From contig CAWBGA010000013.1 in the NCBI GenBank assembly GCA_963788195.1, forward strand, positions 256,001 through 320,000: a stretch of DNA of 64,000 nt. Direction: 5' to 3'. This DNA comes from Nitrospirota bacterium (lineage in GTDB: Bacteria; Nitrospirota; Nitrospiria; Nitrospirales; NS-4). A model generated the notes under the pieces. It was not told where the DNA came from, did not search any database, and saw only the letters and a program-made list of their open reading frames with translations. Below, in pieces: positions 59,376 to 64,000 of the stretch; the first letter of the stretch is position 1, and the number at the start of each line of letters is the position of its first letter. The position numbers were made by a program, and so were the translations under genes.

Positions 59376-60413
59376 ATGAAAGGCGCTTCGATTTATCTCA
59401 TGGTTGGTACGATGCTGCTGACTGCCGCGGCGCATGCCGGTCCCGCGCTGGCACTGCCAACTGCCGATGAGGTGCTGCAGGAATTGAATATTTCCGACAG
59501 CGACCAGCAAAGCATCCGGAATGGCAACATTGTCGAGTGGTCGCCCAGTGAAGGGTCGGATCGGGAACTCGCCCTCGGAGGGGCCTTGCTGGTCAAGGCA
59601 AAGGGTGCGGATATTGTCAGGCTCTTCCGTGAGGCGAGTGCGTTCAAAAAGATATCGGTGATCACGGCATCTGGCAAGATTGCGGGCGACGGGACGCCGG
59701 CCGATTTCGCGGGTGTGGTGCTGGCACCGAACGGAGAGAAGGAAGCCCGGCGCTATCTGAACGCGAGCCCGGGCGACGAACTGAATCTGGACGCCAAGGA
59801 GATAGCGGGTTTTCAAGCGCTGAAGGCAGGGGGCGATGCGGACGCCGTGCCTGTACAAAAAGTCGAGGCCCTTGTGCGTCAGGGCTTGCTCGCCCGCTAC
59901 CAGGCCTATCGGACCAAGGGACTGTCCGGCATCGCGCCGTATGAGCGCGGGAGCGGACGTCAACTGCTCGCGAGCGACGAGCTGTCCATTGCAACCAAGC
60001 AGCTGAAAGGCATCGCCAAGTATGTCCCAGCCTTTTATGACATTCTGCTCAACTATCCGGCCGTCGATCCCAAGGCGCGGAAGGATCTTGAGGAACAGTT
60101 TTACTGGCTGAATATTGACGTCTTTGGACGTCCGACGTATGTGCTGTCTCACCGCATGCTCTTGCGGTTGGGCGAGGCATATGTCACGGCTGATCGACAC
60201 TTCTACGCCAGCCACGATTACAATAGCCTGCTGCAGGGAGTGATAGCGCTCCCAACCAAGGACGGGATGCTCGTGATCTACTTGAGCCGTGTGTCGACCG
60301 ACCAAGTAGCCGGCTTTGGATCCGCGATGAAACATCCCGTGTCTCGTGCCATCATGGCGCCCTATCTCAAAGACCTGTTCGTAGCTCTTCGAGGCATGGT
60401 GGATAAGCCGTAG
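59376..60413 (+). CDS. Secreted protein of unknown function
   Basis: RBS AAAGGAG; signal ending AHA; 345-aa clean ORF. Confidence 0.8.
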   Translation: MKGASIYLMVGTMLLTAAAHAGPALALPTADEVLQELNISDSDQQSIRNGNIVEWSPSEGSDRELALGGALLVKAKGADIVRLFREASAFKKISVITASGKIAGDGTPADFAGVVLAPNGEKEARRYLNASPGDELNLDAKEIAGFQALKAGGDADAVPVQKVEALVRQGLLARYQAYRTKGLSGIAPYERGSGRQLLASDELSIATKQLKGIAKYVPAFYDILLNYPAVDPKARKDLEEQFYWLNIDVFGRPTYVLSHRMLLRLGEAYVTADRHFYASHDYNSLLQGVIALPTKDGMLVIYLSRVSTDQVAGFGSAMKHPVSRAIMAPYLKDLFVALRGMVDKP

Positions 60414-60875
60414 CCATATTTTGAATCAAGCCATTCCGTGATGCTCGCGAGGCCATGCAGCCGCATATACGTACACATGGTCATCGGCGTCCTCTGCACG
60501 ATCTTTGGTGGGTGCGTTTCCGCGTATCGCCAGTAGGCCAAAGACTGCTCTCGAAGGCGCTCCCATGTATATTGTTGTGGCCTTCGAAACGGTTGAAAAC
60601 AGCCGCTCGTGTGGCGTTTGGGCCAGTGTGTCTGTAGAAAATAGTCCTTTCCTTTTCGCGTGTTGCGCGGACAATCACCGTAGTATGGCGTTCGGGGATA
60701 AGGTCGCAGTTTGAAATGGTTGGTATGTTTCGTGCTTCATGAATGGCAGGATCGCCTTGACATGGCGAAGTTATGAATTTACAAGTATGCAACGTGGAAG
60801 TGCGCTAAGGGAAACATTCGAGCTCTAAACTGCCGATCCGGTGGGCGAAAGCTGTCCTGAAGAAAGATCTTAAGC

Positions 60876-63545
60876 ATGCTTGCCGAAAGTCCAGGGAAGG
60901 ACATTTCTAAGGTAGCGACTTCCCCGCGCACATCACGTTCCCCATCCATGACCGTGCAGGCGGTACTCGATGCAATACCCTCGAACGCCGCCCTACTCGA
61001 TGACTCAGGGACGATTCTTTACGTCAACACGGGCTGGCGTAACTTCGCAAAGGACAATGGCTTTGGCGGGTCAGCTTCTGAAGTCGGGTCGAATTACCTG
61101 AAGACCTATCGCTCCACCACGGGTTCCGGAACAGACATGGCCCGACTGGTTGCACACGGCATTGAGCGAGTGGCGAAGGGAGAGGAACCGCACTTTTCCT
61201 CGGAATACCCTTCCAATAGCCCCACAGGCAAGCGGTCGTTCCTGGTCCACGTGGCCCGCCTCGAGCTTCGCGATGGGACAACGCGCCTCATCGTGGTTCA
61301 CGAGGATGTGGGTCCGATTAAACTGGCCGAAAACACTCTAAGAGAAACGGAAGAGCGGTTTCGCCCGTTGTTGGAGACAATGAATGTCGTTCCGTGGGAA
61401 GCGGATGCCGTGACCTGGCAATTCACCTATGTCGGTCCGCAGGCGGAGAGGTTGTTCGGGTACCCGATCGCGCGATGGTACGAGAAGGAGTTCTGGGCCG
61501 AGAATCTCTTTGCCGCAGATCGCGAGCGCGCCTTCGAGTTCTGCCTGCAGCATTCTCAAACAGATGATCAGTACGAGTTTGACTACCGAATGCATCGGGC
61601 CGACGGCAGGATCGCGTGGATCCACGATGTCGTCAGCGTCGTCCGGGACCGCGGTCGCCCGATTCTGTTACGAGGGTTTCTGATCGATATGACGGCTCGC
61701 AACGAGGCGGACGAGGCGTTGCGAGAAAGCCAGGAGCGTTTTGCTCTTGCCGTGCAAGGCTCGAATACCGGCATTTGGGATCGGGATCTGAAAACCAATC
61801 GGACGTACTTGTCCCCGCGATGGAAAAGTATGCTCGGATATGAGGAGTACGAGATCACAGATTGTTTCGAGGAGTGGGAGAACCGCATCCATCCTGAAGA
61901 CCGAGAGCGTGTGCGCGCCTTGGTGAAGGATTATTTAGATGGGCGTGTTCCGGAATATGAGGTCCAGCATCGCCTCCGACACAAGGACGGCACGTACCGC
62001 TGGATCCTATCGCGCGGCGTCTCAGTTCGGGATGCCACCGGTAAGCCGATGCGCATCGCCGGGTCCCATGTGGATATCACTAAACTCAAGGTGACGCAGA
62101 AGGCGCTGGAAGCGAACGCGCACGCGTTGCGCGAGCAAGAGAGACTCTTTATCCACCTTGCGGAGACGATTGACCAGGTATTCTGGTTTGCCGAACTGGA
62201 TCCGGAGCGAGTGATCTATGTCAGCCCGGCATTCCAACAGATTTGGGGGATTCCTGTCGAGACCCTGTACCGGGATCCGCGAGTTTGGATGCATACGATT
62301 CATCCTGACGATCGGGAGCGAGTGAGCCGTGCATTCGACGCGTACATTCGCGGGCACGCGCCCGCGTACAGAATTGAATACCGTATCCAACGCCAGGATG
62401 GAACGCTCCGCTGGATTCAGGACAACGGCACGCGGAGGCTCGACAACTCGGGCCGGGTGCGGTGGGTGAGCGGTATCGCCAAAGACATCACGGAATCCAA
62501 GAGAGCCGAGGAAGCGCTTCGCGAAAGCGAAGGGCGATTCCGGCTCATGGCGGATGCGGCGCCCATTCTGATGTGGATGTCTGGGCCCGACAAACGCTCC
62601 GTCTATTTCAATAAGGGTTGGCTGGAGTTTACCGGCAGGCAGATGGAGCAGGAGCTCCGTGACGACTGGTCCGAGAATATCCACCCTGAAGATGTGCAGG
62701 GGTGCACCGAGACCTATTCGCAAGCTTTCGACGCACGAGAGCGCTTCGAGATGGAATACCGGCTCCGGCGTCATGATAGCGAATACCGATGGATGTGGGA
62801 CATTGGTGTGCCGCGATTTGGCGAGGCAGGGCAATTCGCCGGCTACATTGGCACCTGCGTCGATATCACGGATCGGAAGCGCGCGGAGATTGCGCTCCGG
62901 GAGCTGAGCGGGCGGTTGATCCACGCCCAGGAGGAGGAACGTGGCCGTATCGCACGAGAGCTTCACGACGACGTGAGCCAACGGCTGGCGCTTCTGGGGA
63001 TCGAGCTCGAACAATTGGGGCAACAGTCCGCGCCCTCGGCCGCGCAACTCAGCGCCCGCACCCACGGGTTGTGGAAGACGGTCAGGGACATTTCCGCGGA
63101 CATCCACAACCTGTCCCATGACCTTCACCCGTCGAAGCTGGATCATCTCGGCCTCGCGACCGCAATTCGGAGTTTCTGCAATGACCGTCGGGTACGTGGT
63201 GATCTGCGAATTGAATTTGCGTGTCGTGATGTGCCTGATTCACTGCCGAAGGATATTGCCCTTTGCTTGTACCGAGTCCTGCAGGAAGCGATTCAGAACG
63301 CCGTGAAGCATAGCAGGACGCGGGACGCTAAGGTTGCGATCTACGGTAGCTCAACCCAGATCACTTTGAGAGTGTCTGATGCCGGCATCGGTTTCAATCC
63401 CGACGCTGACAGTATGAAAACAGGGCTCGGTCTGACCAGCATGCGGGAGCGGGTGCGCCTCGTCGGTGGAGAACTCTCCATTCAGTCACAGCCGTCAAAG
63501 GGAACGCTGATCGAGGTGCGAGTGCCACTGGCTTCAGCATCATAG
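60876..63545 (+). CDS. Soluble multi-PAS sensor histidine kinase (HisKA_3)
   Basis: About five PAS/PAC units, EERGRIARELHDD, QEAIQNAVKHS, DAGIGF and GLGL; no TM. Confidence 0.93.
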   Translation: MLAESPGKDISKVATSPRTSRSPSMTVQAVLDAIPSNAALLDDSGTILYVNTGWRNFAKDNGFGGSASEVGSNYLKTYRSTTGSGTDMARLVAHGIERVAKGEEPHFSSEYPSNSPTGKRSFLVHVARLELRDGTTRLIVVHEDVGPIKLAENTLRETEERFRPLLETMNVVPWEADAVTWQFTYVGPQAERLFGYPIARWYEKEFWAENLFAADRERAFEFCLQHSQTDDQYEFDYRMHRADGRIAWIHDVVSVVRDRGRPILLRGFLIDMTARNEADEALRESQERFALAVQGSNTGIWDRDLKTNRTYLSPRWKSMLGYEEYEITDCFEEWENRIHPEDRERVRALVKDYLDGRVPEYEVQHRLRHKDGTYRWILSRGVSVRDATGKPMRIAGSHVDITKLKVTQKALEANAHALREQERLFIHLAETIDQVFWFAELDPERVIYVSPAFQQIWGIPVETLYRDPRVWMHTIHPDDRERVSRAFDAYIRGHAPAYRIEYRIQRQDGTLRWIQDNGTRRLDNSGRVRWVSGIAKDITESKRAEEALRESEGRFRLMADAAPILMWMSGPDKRSVYFNKGWLEFTGRQMEQELRDDWSENIHPEDVQGCTETYSQAFDARERFEMEYRLRRHDSEYRWMWDIGVPRFGEAGQFAGYIGTCVDITDRKRAEIALRELSGRLIHAQEEERGRIARELHDDVSQRLALLGIELEQLGQQSAPSAAQLSARTHGLWKTVRDISADIHNLSHDLHPSKLDHLGLATAIRSFCNDRRVRGDLRIEFACRDVPDSLPKDIALCLYRVLQEAIQNAVKHSRTRDAKVAIYGSSTQITLRVSDAGIGFNPDADSMKTGLGLTSMRERVRLVGGELSIQSQPSKGTLIEVRVPLASAS

Positions 63546-63561
63546 GGAGAGGAAAGAACCG

Positions 63562-64000
63562 ATGTATCGCCCACGGGTTTTGATCGCCGATGACCACGCG
63601 ATGCTTCGCGAGGCGTTTCAAAAGTTCCTCGAACCGGATTGCGAGGTCGTTGGATCGGTGGCAGACGGGCGTGCACTGCTCGATCTGGCGCCGAAAGTAC
63701 GGCCGGACATCATTTTGTTGGACATTTCCATGCCTCTGCTCAACGGCCTGGATGCCGGCTTACAGCTCAAACGGATGATGCCGCAGGTCAAGTTGATTTT
63801 CTTGACCGTCAACGACGATCCGGATTTCGTCACGCAAGCGTTTCGTAACGGGGCCTCAGCATATCTTCTCAAGACATGTGCTGTCGCGGAGTTGTATACG
63901 GCGGTCCAGTCCGTCTTGCATGGAAAAAGCTATGTGACACGGCTCGTTATGCAAGGGAGTGAGGAATCCTTCAGGCAGGCGCCGTCATATCACGAAGGCG
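63562..64000 (+). CDS. NarL/FixJ-type response regulator, receiver domain (3' end outside the window)
   Basis: Manual translation: MYRPRVLIADDHAML..PDIILLDISMPLLNG..FLT..GASAYLLK; absent from the ORF track because it has no stop in the window. Confidence 0.9.
   Translation, partial: MYRPRVLIADDHAMLREAFQKFLEPDCEVVGSVADGRALLDLAPKVRPDIILLDISMPLLNGLDAGLQLKRMMPQVKLIFLTVNDDPDFVTQAFRNGASAYLLKTCAVAELYTAVQSVLHGKSYVTRLVMQGSEESFRQAPSYHEG

Noticed and set aside
60790..60870. Possible c-di-GMP riboswitch upstream of the kinase
   Set aside because: Only scattered GAAA/CTAA-like words; I could not build the paired stems. An Rfam scan would decide

Overview
GC-rich bacterial window with three parts. (1) 1-11.3 kb: a glycogen-mobilisation/central-carbon cluster (glgP-pgm-malQ-pgi-tkt-glgX-ppk2). 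(2) 11.3-60.4 kb: a large accessory island that encodes mostly envelope proteins: SulP-STAS, a tripartite RND pump, many lipoproteins, DUF4105, SYLF, MlaA, a lipase, an AI-2E transporter, MltF, a K+ channel and PqiABC. It also holds two rearranged copies of a vapBC/HAD phosphatase/FGE/sulfatase module, with five sulfatase genes in total. (3) 60.9-64 kb: a soluble multi-PAS HisKA_3 kinase and a NarL-type response regulator. The strongest unexplained signal is a 20-bp lux-box-like palindrome (NCCTGTYA-N4-TGACAGTW). It occurs five times, always intergenic and always 21-22 nt upstream of a -10-like hexamer at the head of an island operon, which points to a single activator-controlled regulon. The island also shows gene shuffling through shared 5' leader sequences. 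Many genes carry 1-nt frameshifts that look like consensus/sequencing artefacts rather than true pseudogenisation. I saw no tRNA, rRNA, CRISPR array, integrase or transposase. Family names come from motif recognition, not database searches.
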